Shown here one piece after another: positions 1 through 8,555 of a stretch of DNA of 43,040 nucleotides. Position numbers and translations under genes: made by a program. Below the pieces are notes generated by a model. That model searched no databases. It saw nothing but the letters and a program-made list of their open reading frames with translations, and had not been told where the DNA came from. Source of the stretch: a virus (taxonomy: Duplodnaviria > Caudoviricetes); the IMG/VR virus record IMGVR_UViG_3300037423_001974, positions 1 to 43,040 of that record; one strand, given 5' to 3'. Position 1 is the stretch's first letter. Every line of letters begins with the position of its first letter.

Positions 1-127
1 GGTGCTGCCAGCGCGGCGCGTGTGCTGGTCAAGCAGCGCGGCGAGATCGTGCTGTCGGTCACCGGCGTGGCCAGCGCCGACGACGTCGGCCAGACGGTCT
101 ACGCGTCCGACGACGACACCTTCACGC
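1..127 (+). repeat. Terminal direct repeat, copy 1 (circular assembly overlap)
   Basis: GGTGCTGCCAGCGCGG...ACCTTCACGC is identical to 42914-43040 and lies inside a coding sequence. Confidence 0.97.
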
Positions 128-228
128 TCACCAGCACCAGCAACAGCTCCATCGGCAAGGTGGCGCGCTGGATCTCGGGCACGACCTGCGTCGTGTACTT
201 CGAGGCGGTGCCGGTGCGCTCCCTCTGA
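1..228 (+). CDS. 3' part of head decoration/capsid cement protein (gene starts at 42578 and crosses the origin)
   Basis: The frame of ORF 22..228 continues in frame from ATG 42578 across the overlap. Contains a DVGQTVYASDDDT motif and sits between protease/scaffold and capsid. Confidence 0.8.
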   Translation, partial: GAASAARVLVKQRGEIVLSVTGVASADDVGQTVYASDDDTFTLTSTSNSSIGKVARWISGTTCVVYFEAVPVRSL

Positions 229-263
229 TTCCGGCTCACTGAACCCAGAAAGGACACACCACC

Positions 264-1217
264 ATGGACCAGAGCCTCCTGTCGAGCCGCGCAATCATGG
301 GCATGTACTTCGCCCGGCTCGAAACCGACCCCGGTCTCGCTTGGCTGAACGGCGTCGCCAACCTGTTCAGCTCCGACCAGGCCAGCGAGACCTACAACTT
401 CCTCGGCCAATCGCCCGCCATGCGCGAGTGGGTCGGCGGCCGCCAGGCCAAGGGCTTCAGCGGCCAGGGCCTGACGATCGTCAACAAGCACTACGAGGCC
501 ACCATCGAGGTCGCCAAGCGCGACGCTCGCCGCGACAAGACCGCGCAGATCGAGGCGCGCATCCAGGAGTTCGCCGACCGTGCGCTGACGCACTGGGCGA
601 GCCTCGTGAGCGCCGCCATCCTGGCCGGCACGTCGACCGTGTGCTACGACGGTCAGTTCTTCTTTGACACCGACCACTCGGAAGGCGACTCGGGCTCGCA
701 GAGCAACTCGATCTCGGTCGACATCTCGACGCTGCCGGCGGCGCTGCACGGTTCGACGACCGCGCCCTCGGTCGAGGAAATGCAGCAGGCCATCCTGGCC
801 GGCATCACGCAGATCCTCACCTTCAAGGACGACCGTGGCGAGCCGATGAACGAGAGCGCGCGCTCGTTCTTGGTCAAGGTGCCGCCGTCGCTGTACATGG
901 TGGCCGTGGCCGCCACCGCCGGCCTGACCACCGCGGCGCTGCAGCAGAACCTGAACCCGAACCTGCTGGCCAACCTCAACGTGCAGGTGGCGATGAACAC
1001 GCGTCTGACCTCGTGGACCGACAAGTTCGCGATCTTCCGCACCGACAGCCCGATCAAGGGCCTGATCCGCCAGACCGAGCAGGACGTCGAGCTCAAGGCC
1101 AAGGCCGAGGGCAGCGAGTTCGAGTTCGACAACGATGCTTGGCAGTTCGGCATCGACGCCTGGCGCGGCGCCGGTTACGGCTACTGGCAGCGTGCCTGCC
1201 TGGTGACGCTGGTCTAA
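264..1217 (+). CDS. Major capsid protein, Mu gpT-like
   Basis: 317 aa. ETYNFLGQSPAMREWVG, NKHYEATIEV, CYDGQFFFDTDH and GYGYWQ motifs match Mu-like gpT capsids. RBS AAGGA upstream. Confidence 0.9.
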   Translation: MDQSLLSSRAIMGMYFARLETDPGLAWLNGVANLFSSDQASETYNFLGQSPAMREWVGGRQAKGFSGQGLTIVNKHYEATIEVAKRDARRDKTAQIEARIQEFADRALTHWASLVSAAILAGTSTVCYDGQFFFDTDHSEGDSGSQSNSISVDISTLPAALHGSTTAPSVEEMQQAILAGITQILTFKDDRGEPMNESARSFLVKVPPSLYMVAVAATAGLTTAALQQNLNPNLLANLNVQVAMNTRLTSWTDKFAIFRTDSPIKGLIRQTEQDVELKAKAEGSEFEFDNDAWQFGIDAWRGAGYGYWQRACLVTLV

Positions 1218-1220
1218 GCC

Positions 1221-1520
1221 ATGAAGTACGTCGCCGTCACCGCCATCACGGTGCTCGCCGGCCAGCTGGTGCGCCTCACGGCGGCCCAGCTGGGCCGCTG
1301 CACCGGCCTGGTCAAGCTGGCCGCCGGCGCCGAGGGCTGGCACGAGGCGCTCGTGCCGCTGCAGTTCAAGCGCGGCGAGGCCTTCGAGATCGACGGCGAG
1401 CTGCCCAAGGGCATGGCCGACTTGGTCGAGGCAGCCGAGCCGCCGCGGCCGAGGAGGCAGCGCCAGCAGCAGCCGCCGGCCGAGCAGTCGTCGCTCGTCG
1501 ACGCAGACGAAAAGGCTTGA
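1221..1520 (+). CDS. Hypothetical protein (head module)
   Basis: 99-aa ORF tightly packed after the capsid gene, with host-like codon usage. Confidence 0.7.
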   Translation: MKYVAVTAITVLAGQLVRLTAAQLGRCTGLVKLAAGAEGWHEALVPLQFKRGEAFEIDGELPKGMADLVEAAEPPRPRRQRQQQPPAEQSSLVDADEKA

Positions 1521-1525
1521 AGCCC

Positions 1526-1840
1526 GTGTTCACCGAGAACCTCGATACCTTCCTCGACGTGGCCAGCGGCTTTGCCGTCACGGCTGCGCTCGAGGGTGAG
1601 TCCGTGAGCGTCATCTTCGACGCTCCGGGTGTCGAGGTGCTCGACGGCGCGGCTGCCATCACCGAGCCCAGCGTGCTGCTGAAGGCGTCGGTCGCGATCG
1701 CGGGCGGGCAATCGCTCGTGCTGGCGGCCGAGGACCTGCCGGCGCAGCTGGCGCACCTGGCCGGCACCTACCGCGTGCGGGCCGTGCTGCCGGATGCGCC
1801 GGACGGCGCCTTCGTGCGCGCCACGCTGGCGAAGGCGTAA
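1526..1840 (+). CDS. Head-tail joining protein (gpFII-like)
   Basis: GTG start (VFTENLDTFLD...). C-terminal YRVRAVLPDAPDG beta-rich motif and synteny. Confidence 0.7.
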   Translation: MFTENLDTFLDVASGFAVTAALEGESVSVIFDAPGVEVLDGAAAITEPSVLLKASVAIAGGQSLVLAAEDLPAQLAHLAGTYRVRAVLPDAPDGAFVRATLAKA

Positions 1841-1843
1841 GCG

Positions 1844-2269
1844 ATGCTGGCCGCCAAGCAGGTCGCCGAACACCATGCCGACCGCCTGCGGGCGCTGCCG
1901 GCCTGGGCGGCCAAGGTGCACTTGAATCACCCGCACGCCTTCGGGCTCGCGGAGTTGCCGGCCTGGCGTGTCGAGTACCTCGACGAGCCGCTGCCGGCCA
2001 CGCTGTCCGGGAACCTTCACGAGCACCGCCTGCGCATGGTCTTCCACGGCGTCGCACGCGACATCGACGACCTCGACAGTGTGCAGGCCGGCATGACGGC
2101 CGACGCGCTGTCGGCGCTGTTCGGCTCCCGGCAGTACGGCACCGAGCCCGGCGGCGACATCACGAGCACCAAGGCGCAGGAGGGCGAGGCGGCCGTCGGC
2201 ATCGTCTCCGTTCCTGTGACGGCGCTGTATTTCACCGACCCCACCGACCCCGAAACCATCCTTTCCTGA
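1844..2269 (+). CDS. Tail terminator/completion protein
   Basis: 141 aa directly before the tail tube gene. C-terminal Y..DP..P pattern seen in gpU-like terminators. Confidence 0.6.
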   Translation: MLAAKQVAEHHADRLRALPAWAAKVHLNHPHAFGLAELPAWRVEYLDEPLPATLSGNLHEHRLRMVFHGVARDIDDLDSVQAGMTADALSALFGSRQYGTEPGGDITSTKAQEGEAAVGIVSVPVTALYFTDPTDPETILS

Positions 2270-2282
2270 GGGACCCGCAAAC

Positions 2283-2927
2283 ATGTCCATCACCCTTGCC
2301 ATCGGCACCACCGTTTCGATCGCTTCGACCTACGGCGCTTCGAAGACCATCAGCGCCATCACGAACGCCGACCCGGCTGTCGCCACCTTCGAGGCCGGCC
2401 ACGGCGTCGGTGTCGGTGACATCGTGCACCTGCGCTCTGGCTGGGACCTGCTCGACAACCGCGTCGTGCGCGTGTCGGCGGTGGCCACCAACGACGTCAC
2501 GCTGGAGGGTGTCGACACCACCGACACCGACCTTTTCCCGGCGGGTGCCGGCACCGGCAGCGCACGCGAGGTGACCGCCTGGACCGAGGTGCAGCAGATC
2601 ACCCGCAACTTCCAGGTCAACGGCGGCGAGCAGCAGTACGCCGACATCTCGACCATGAAGAACCGGGATGACAAGAAGATCCCGACCAACCGCACCGCGG
2701 TGGACGTCAAGCTGCCGATCTACGACGACCCGACGCTGGCGCACTACGGCGTCATCAACGACGCCGACGCCACCGAGACGGCGGGCCGCTTCGTCTACCC
2801 CAACGGCAGCCGCACGCTGTTCGCCGGCTTCTGGTCGATCGGCCAGGTGGCGACCGTCGAGGACTCGACATTGCGCAACTCGGTCGATGTGTCGTTCGCG
2901 GCCCGCCCGATCCGCTACGCGTCGTGA
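2283..2927 (+). CDS. Major tail tube protein
   Basis: AITNADPAVAT, SGWDLL and GGEQQY motifs of siphophage tail tube proteins; synteny. Confidence 0.85.
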   Translation: MSITLAIGTTVSIASTYGASKTISAITNADPAVATFEAGHGVGVGDIVHLRSGWDLLDNRVVRVSAVATNDVTLEGVDTTDTDLFPAGAGTGSAREVTAWTEVQQITRNFQVNGGEQQYADISTMKNRDDKKIPTNRTAVDVKLPIYDDPTLAHYGVINDADATETAGRFVYPNGSRTLFAGFWSIGQVATVEDSTLRNSVDVSFAARPIRYAS

Positions 2928-3289
2928 GCGAGCTGCGGCTGATCTCGGCGTCTGACGTCCAGGCGCCGGTGCTGCCCTTCGAGGACATGCCGTGCCCGCC
3001 GCTGGGCGGCGCGGTGCGCGTGCGGGCGCTTGACCTGACGCAACGGCTGTCGATGGAGTCGCGCATCGCCAAGCTGAAGGCCAAGAACCAGGACAACCCG
3101 GATGCGGCGCTGTATTCCGCGATCCCCGAAGTGCTGGCTGTCTGCGTAGTCGATGCGAAGGGCAACCCGGTCTACACCGCCACGCGCTGGGCGCACTTCG
3201 GTTCATCGCATGTGGCGTTGGCCTTGGAGCTGTTCAACAAGGCCTGGACGCTGTCGGGCCTGAGCGGCGAGGACGCCAAAAAAAACTAG
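2924..3289 (+). CDS. Tail assembly chaperone (gpG-like)
   Basis: Lies between tail tube and tape measure and ends in AKKN at a slippery A-run. Confidence 0.85.
   Translation: MSELRLISASDVQAPVLPFEDMPCPPLGGAVRVRALDLTQRLSMESRIAKLKAKNQDNPDAALYSAIPEVLAVCVVDAKGNPVYTATRWAHFGSSHVALALELFNKAWTLSGLSGEDAKKN
3278..3286 (+). other. Programmed -1 ribosomal frameshift site (A AAA AAC)
   Basis: GCC AAA AAA AAC TAG. The -1 frame stays open to 3477. Confidence 0.8.
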
Positions 3290-3477
3290 ACGAGTGTTCG
3301 ACCCTGGCGTTTGCGCTGATCCTGGCGCAGCGGCTCGGCCGGACCCTCGAGGAACTCAAGCGGACCATGACCAGCGAGGAGTTTGGCTTGCACCTGCAGC
3401 TCGAGATCATGCGCAACAGCGAGCCTGCGCCTGAGGTTGACGCCGAGATGCTGGCGCTGTTCGGCGGGGGTGCGTGA
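3286..3477 (+). CDS. Frameshift extension of tail chaperone (gpT-like part of gpGT)
   Basis: The -1 frame reads LDECSTLAFALILAQRLGRTLEELKRTMTSEEF...GGGA*, a typical L.LGRT..EL...M.S.EF chaperone tail. Not present in the ORF track. Confidence 0.8.
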   Translation, partial: LDECSTLAFALILAQRLGRTLEELKRTMTSEEFGLHLQLEIMRNSEPAPEVDAEMLALFGGGA

Positions 3478-6400
3478 TGGTCGGCGAGGCGCGCAACTCG
3501 CAGATCGTCATCACGGCGGTCGACAAGACCAAGTCAGCGTTCGACAGTGCCAAGCGCAATCTGGAGTCACTGCGCAGCTCCGGGCCGATGATCGCCGGCG
3601 CCTTCACGCCGGCCACCGCAGCCATCACCGCGCTGTCGGCGGCCATCGCCTACATCGACTTCAGGAACATCGTCAACGGCATCGATGCCCTCAACGACCT
3701 GAAGGACGCCACGGGCTCGTCCATCGAGAACCTGAGCGCGCTGGAGGACGTGGCCGAGCGAACCGGCACCAGCTTCGAGAGCGCAGGCACCGCGCTGGTC
3801 AAGTTCAACAATGTGCTCAAGGAGGCCAAGAAGGACAGCGAGGCCGCCGAGATCCTCAAGCGCATCGGCCTCAGCGCCGAGGAGCTCAAGAACATCGATC
3901 CGGCGGAGGCGCTGCGGCGCACCGCAGTCGCGCTGGATGCCTTCGCCGACGACGGCAACAAGGCGCGCATCGTTGCTGCACTGTTCGGCAAGAGCATCCA
4001 GGAGGTGGCGCCCTTCCTGCACGACCTGGCCGAGCAGCAGAAGCTGGTGGGCAAGGTAACCACCGAGCAGGCCGCCGAGGCCGAGAAGCTCAACAAGCAG
4101 TTCGCCGAATTGGAGAAGAACTCCAAGGACTTCAAGCGCGCGCTGCTGTCCGAGATCGTGCCGGCGATCAATGAGTCGATCCAGAGGTTCCGCGATGGCA
4201 CGAAAGAGGCCAAGGGCTTCTGGGAGACCCTGATCGCAGGCAATCGGGCGATTGGCAACGAGCAATGGAAGGTGCTCTCGAACCTGTTCGGCGGCACCGA
4301 CCCCGACACCGACATCCAGCGCATCGCGGCGCTCAAGAGGGTGCTGGACGACACCACCATCAGCCAGGAGCGCCGGCTGCGGGTGGAAAAGCAGCTGAAG
4401 GACCTGCAGGCCAAGGCCAGCGCAGTGAACCTGCCGCAGTCGGACGCCAGCCACGACGCCGTGGAGGCTGCGCGCCTGGCGCGCCAGGGTGGCAAGCCGT
4501 CGGCGCCTGACGTGCCCGACCTGGCCGGGCAGAAAAAGGCGGCGGCCGAGGCGCTGGCCAATCTCAAGAAGGTGGTCGACGGTCACGTCAAGTCCATCAC
4601 CGACGGCCTGGCGGCGTCCCAAGACGCGCTGCGCTTCAACGAGCAGTACTCGCAGGCGCTGTACCAGCAGGGTGTGCAGAGCCTGCAGCAGTTCTACGCC
4701 GACCAGGACAAGTCGCGCCGGGACAACCTCGCGGCCGTGCGCCAGGCCACCGAAGCCGAGATCGCCGAGCGCCAGAAGCTGCTCAACAGCCCGCTGCTCA
4801 AAGGCGACGACAAGAAGGCCGAGCGCCAGGAGGTCGAGAACCAGATCGCCGAGGCGCGCACCAAGCTGCGCAACGCCGAGCGCGAGGCCGACCAGCAGGC
4901 CAAGCTGTCGCTCATCGAGCGCCAGCGCGCCGTCGAGCAGCTGGGCGACGAGGTGCATGCGCTGGAGGCGCGCATCAGCGACCTCGCCACGGGCAAGACC
5001 TCGGCGGCGGACCTGCTGGAGATCGCCAACACCGTGCGCGAGGCGCAGCGCCTGCTGCAGCGCGGCGGCGCCGATCCCCAGGCGGCGCAGCAGCAGGCCG
5101 ACGACCTCGGCCGCCTGCTGGAGATCCAGCGCCAGGTCAACGTCGCCAAGCAGTCCTTTGGCGAGCTGAGCCAGCGCGCGGCGCTGTCGGAGGAGCGCGC
5201 CGGCCTGGAGGCGCAGAGGGCCGGCGACGGCCTGCTGGCCACCGAGGACCGGGTGCGCGAGGCGCGCCAGAAGGCGCTCGGTGACCTCGACGCCCTGATC
5301 GTCAAGGTGCGGGAGCTGGCCGCGCTCAACCCGAAGGACACCGGCCTGCAGCTGTGGCTCGAGGAGCTGCAGGTGCAGGCCGAGAAGGCGCGCCAGGCGA
5401 TCGACCCGCGCAAGCTGCGCCTGGACTCGGCCGCCGACGACATCGGCAATTCCATCGCCGGCGGCTTCGAGCGCGCGGTGCTCCAGGGCGGCAAGCTCAA
5501 GGACATCGTGCGCGGCATCGGCGGCGACGTCGCGCGCATCTTCACGCAAGAGGTGACCACCCGGCCGCTGGCTCAGGAGTTCGCCAACTTCATCAAGGGT
5601 GCGGGCGGCAAGGGCACCGGTCAGAACCTCATCGGCCAGCTCGTCGGCCTCAACTCGGAGCCGCCGGCGCTCACGCTGCCGAAGCCGGGCCAGCCGGACT
5701 TCGTCGGTCCGCTGCGTCCGGGCGAGGGTCAGGCGGCGGCATCCTACGGTACTGGGGTGCTCGATGGTCTGAAGCGACTGCTGGGCATCACGGGTTCGCC
5801 AACGGCGGCTGGCATCAAGCCGCCGCCGGTGTTCTCGCCGCAGGGCGCGCAGGCGTCCCTGGACTCGCTGCGGCAAGCCAGTGACGCCGCGGCGCAGGCG
5901 CTGCAGCGCCTGGCCGGCGCGCAGCCCACCGCTGGCGCGCCCACGACGGGCGACCTGGCGCGCGCCGACCGCGCGCTGGACGCCGATCAGGTGCAGCGGG
6001 GCCTCGATGGCGCTGGGGACGCAGCCGACAAGGCGTCAAGCGCGGTGGGTGACTTCGGCGCCGGAACACAGGCCGCCACGCAACTGCTCGCCGCCTTCGG
6101 CCGCGAGTCGACGGCGGCCGGCATTGCGCTGCAGCTGCTGGCGGCCGCTTCCAGCACATCCAGCGCCACCAGCTCGGGCGGCGGCGTGGGCAAGCTGTTC
6201 GCCGGCCTCTTCGGTGGTGGCGGTGCTGCTGGCGGCGCTGCGTCGTCGAGCGGCGGCGCCGGCGGCACTGAGGCCACCGATGCGGCCCTGGACCTGTTCT
6301 TCGACGACGGCGGCTACACGGGCAACCGCGGCACCAAGCAGGTCGCCGGCGTGGTCCACGGCCAGGAGTACGTCTTCAGTGCGCCGGCGGTGCGCCGCCT

Positions 6401-6665
6401 CGGCGCCCAGGCGCTGGATCGCCTGCACGAGGCCGCCAGGCGCGGCCGCGCGGCGCTGCCCGGATATGAGCAGGGGGGGCTGGTCGGCCGCATGCCATGG
6501 GGTGCGGCATCGTCCGCACCCGGTGCTGGGTCGCGCGCCGGCGCGCCGTTCAGCTTCACCGCCAACATCACCCTTGGCCAGAACGTCGATCGCAAGAGCG
6601 GCGAGCAGCTCGCCGCGGCCTTCTACCGCCAGGCGCGCACGGCCTATGCGCGGGGGACCGCCTGA
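3477..6665 (+). CDS. Tail tape measure protein
   Basis: About 1062 aa, Ala/Leu/Gln-rich and helical. N-terminal ITAVDKT and C-terminal GGYTG...AGVVHGQEYV motifs. Confidence 0.93.
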   Translation: MVGEARNSQIVITAVDKTKSAFDSAKRNLESLRSSGPMIAGAFTPATAAITALSAAIAYIDFRNIVNGIDALNDLKDATGSSIENLSALEDVAERTGTSFESAGTALVKFNNVLKEAKKDSEAAEILKRIGLSAEELKNIDPAEALRRTAVALDAFADDGNKARIVAALFGKSIQEVAPFLHDLAEQQKLVGKVTTEQAAEAEKLNKQFAELEKNSKDFKRALLSEIVPAINESIQRFRDGTKEAKGFWETLIAGNRAIGNEQWKVLSNLFGGTDPDTDIQRIAALKRVLDDTTISQERRLRVEKQLKDLQAKASAVNLPQSDASHDAVEAARLARQGGKPSAPDVPDLAGQKKAAAEALANLKKVVDGHVKSITDGLAASQDALRFNEQYSQALYQQGVQSLQQFYADQDKSRRDNLAAVRQATEAEIAERQKLLNSPLLKGDDKKAERQEVENQIAEARTKLRNAEREADQQAKLSLIERQRAVEQLGDEVHALEARISDLATGKTSAADLLEIANTVREAQRLLQRGGADPQAAQQQADDLGRLLEIQRQVNVAKQSFGELSQRAALSEERAGLEAQRAGDGLLATEDRVREARQKALGDLDALIVKVRELAALNPKDTGLQLWLEELQVQAEKARQAIDPRKLRLDSAADDIGNSIAGGFERAVLQGGKLKDIVRGIGGDVARIFTQEVTTRPLAQEFANFIKGAGGKGTGQNLIGQLVGLNSEPPALTLPKPGQPDFVGPLRPGEGQAAASYGTGVLDGLKRLLGITGSPTAAGIKPPPVFSPQGAQASLDSLRQASDAAAQALQRLAGAQPTAGAPTTGDLARADRALDADQVQRGLDGAGDAADKASSAVGDFGAGTQAATQLLAAFGRESTAAGIALQLLAAASSTSSATSSGGGVGKLFAGLFGGGGAAGGAASSSGGAGGTEATDAALDLFFDDGGYTGNRGTKQVAGVVHGQEYVFSAPAVRRLGAQALDRLHEAARRGRAALPGYEQGGLVGRMPWGAASSAPGAGSRAGAPFSFTANITLGQNVDRKSGEQLAAAFYRQARTAYARGTA

Positions 6666-7276
6666 TGGCCATCCTGATGCAGCAGCTGTCCGACGCGGTG
6701 GCGCGCAAGTCGCGCGGCGGCCCGACGCAGCCCGCGCGCCGGCAGGTCTTCGGTGCCGACGGCTGGCTGCGCAAGCAGAACTTCGTCTCGCTAACGCGTC
6801 CGCACCGCTACGACATCAGCTACGGCATCAGGCGCAAGCGTGACTTCGAGGAGGTGCTGGCGGCCTACCACGTGGTGATGGGGGCGCCCTACGAGGGGTT
6901 CCTGTTCCGGGACTGGAACGACTACCAGGCCAGCGCCACCAACTCGGCGCTGCAGTCGCTGGGGGGTGGCCAGTACCAGCTGCAGCGCAAGTACACATTC
7001 GGCAGCAGCGTCTACCGCGACATCAGCAAGCCGGAGGTGCCCACGGTGGCCGTCTACAGCGCCGGTGGCTCGGCGCTGTCGATCACCGAGGTCGACGCCG
7101 AGACCGGCATCGTGACGCTGGCCGCCGGCACGCCGGCGTACTGGACGGGGCGCTTCTTCGTGCCGGTGACCTTCGCCGACGACTCGATGGAAAACATCGA
7201 GATCGACGGCTACGAGGGCGCCGACGGCGAGCTGCAGGGGCTGCCGTCGATCAAGCTGGTGGAGGTGCTGGCGTGA
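6665..7276 (+). CDS. Distal tail protein, DUF2460/GTA-like
   Basis: GFLFRDWND, YQLQRKY and F.VPV.F motifs. Start overlaps the tape measure stop (TGATG). Confidence 0.8.
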   Translation: MAILMQQLSDAVARKSRGGPTQPARRQVFGADGWLRKQNFVSLTRPHRYDISYGIRRKRDFEEVLAAYHVVMGAPYEGFLFRDWNDYQASATNSALQSLGGGQYQLQRKYTFGSSVYRDISKPEVPTVAVYSAGGSALSITEVDAETGIVTLAAGTPAYWTGRFFVPVTFADDSMENIEIDGYEGADGELQGLPSIKLVEVLA

Positions 7277-8124
7277 GCAAGAACATCCCGCTGGCGCTGC
7301 AGACCCACATCGCGCAGCGCGTCACCACGCTCGCCTACTGCCTGACCATCACGCGCGCCGACGGCGAGGTGTTCGCGATGACCGAGCACTTCAAGGCGCT
7401 CGAGGTCGACGGCGTCAACCACATCCCGGGCCTGACGACAGGCGCCATCGCCTCGGCGATCGGCTTTGACGTCGACACGGGCAACTTCGAGCTCATCTAC
7501 GGCAGCACGCCGTTGGTGGGCACCGCCGACCTGCTGTCGGGCGTGTGGGATGGCGCCGAGGTCCTGGTCCGCCAGGTCAACTGGCTCGACCCGGCGGCCG
7601 GCGTCATCCCGCACAAGTCCGGCCATGTCGGCCGCATCGAGCGCGGGCTCAGCTCGGCCAAGGTCGAGTTCCGCGACCTGCGGCAGACGCTGCGCACCGA
7701 CACCTCGTCGGTGATCCAGGCCAACTGCCGCGCCCGCCTGGGCGATACGCGCTGCACGGTCGACCTCGAGCCATGGACGTTCGAAGGCGTCGCGGTCACG
7801 TCAGTGGCCGACGAGTACACCATCGTCGCCAGCGGCCTGGCGCAAGGCGCCGACTTCTTCACCGAGGGGCTGCTGACCTTCACCAGCGGTCTCAATGCCG
7901 GCATGCCGGCGGTCAAGGTGGTGCTGCACGAAGTCGGCGGCGTGCTGACGCTGGCGGTGCCGCGCCTGAACCTGGTCGAGCCGGGCGACACCTTCACCAT
8001 CATCGCCGGCTGCCAGAAGCGCTGGGACCTCGACTGCCGCGACAAGTTCGACAACCTGCTGAACTTCCAGGGCGAGAAGGACAAGCCGCCGGTCGAGGAC
8101 ATCGTCAAGGGACCGAACGCATGA
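7273..8124 (+). CDS. Baseplate hub protein, DUF2163/BR0599 family
   Basis: TLAYCLTITRADG, CRARLGDTRC, GDTFTIIAGC...C..KF.N..NF.G motifs with conserved cysteines. Confidence 0.88.
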   Translation: MSKNIPLALQTHIAQRVTTLAYCLTITRADGEVFAMTEHFKALEVDGVNHIPGLTTGAIASAIGFDVDTGNFELIYGSTPLVGTADLLSGVWDGAEVLVRQVNWLDPAAGVIPHKSGHVGRIERGLSSAKVEFRDLRQTLRTDTSSVIQANCRARLGDTRCTVDLEPWTFEGVAVTSVADEYTIVASGLAQGADFFTEGLLTFTSGLNAGMPAVKVVLHEVGGVLTLAVPRLNLVEPGDTFTIIAGCQKRWDLDCRDKFDNLLNFQGEKDKPPVEDIVKGPNA

Positions 8125-8555
8125 AGCGGTCCACCATCGTCGCCTGCGCGCGCTCGTGGGATGGCACGCCCTGGCACCACGCGGCCTGCGTCAAGGGTGT
8201 GGGCGTCGACTGCGTGCAGCTCATCGCCGGCGTGCTCGACGAGCTGGGCGTCGCGCGGCCAGCGCTGCCGGCCTACGACCGCACGCCCGACGGCACCACC
8301 CTGATGGCGATGTGCGACAAGCACCTCGACCGCGTCGCGCAGCGCGACATGGGGCCGGGCGACATCGTCGTCATCCGCTGGCGTGATGGTGTGCCGCACC
8401 ATGCCGGCATCCTTGGCGACCACCGCCATGGCGGTCTGTCGCTGATCCATGCCAACAGCGCGCCGGAACTGATGCGGGTGGTCGAGCACCGCCTGCTGTG
8501 GACACCGCAGATGCGCCTGGTCGCTGCCTTCCGGCTGCCCGAGGTGGACGCATGA
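8121..8555 (+). CDS. NlpC/P60 family tail peptidase
   Basis: ARSWDGTPWHH...GVDC, PGD, H.GI and IHA catalytic pattern; GTA-like gene order. Confidence 0.9.
   Translation: MKRSTIVACARSWDGTPWHHAACVKGVGVDCVQLIAGVLDELGVARPALPAYDRTPDGTTLMAMCDKHLDRVAQRDMGPGDIVVIRWRDGVPHHAGILGDHRHGGLSLIHANSAPELMRVVEHRLLWTPQMRLVAAFRLPEVDA

Noticed and set aside
264-1217. Transposable (Mu-like) phage, suggested by the gpT capsid and Mor-like activator
   Set aside because: No MuA/MuB transposase is present. A tyrosine integrase, attP and a lambda-type terminase are present instead.
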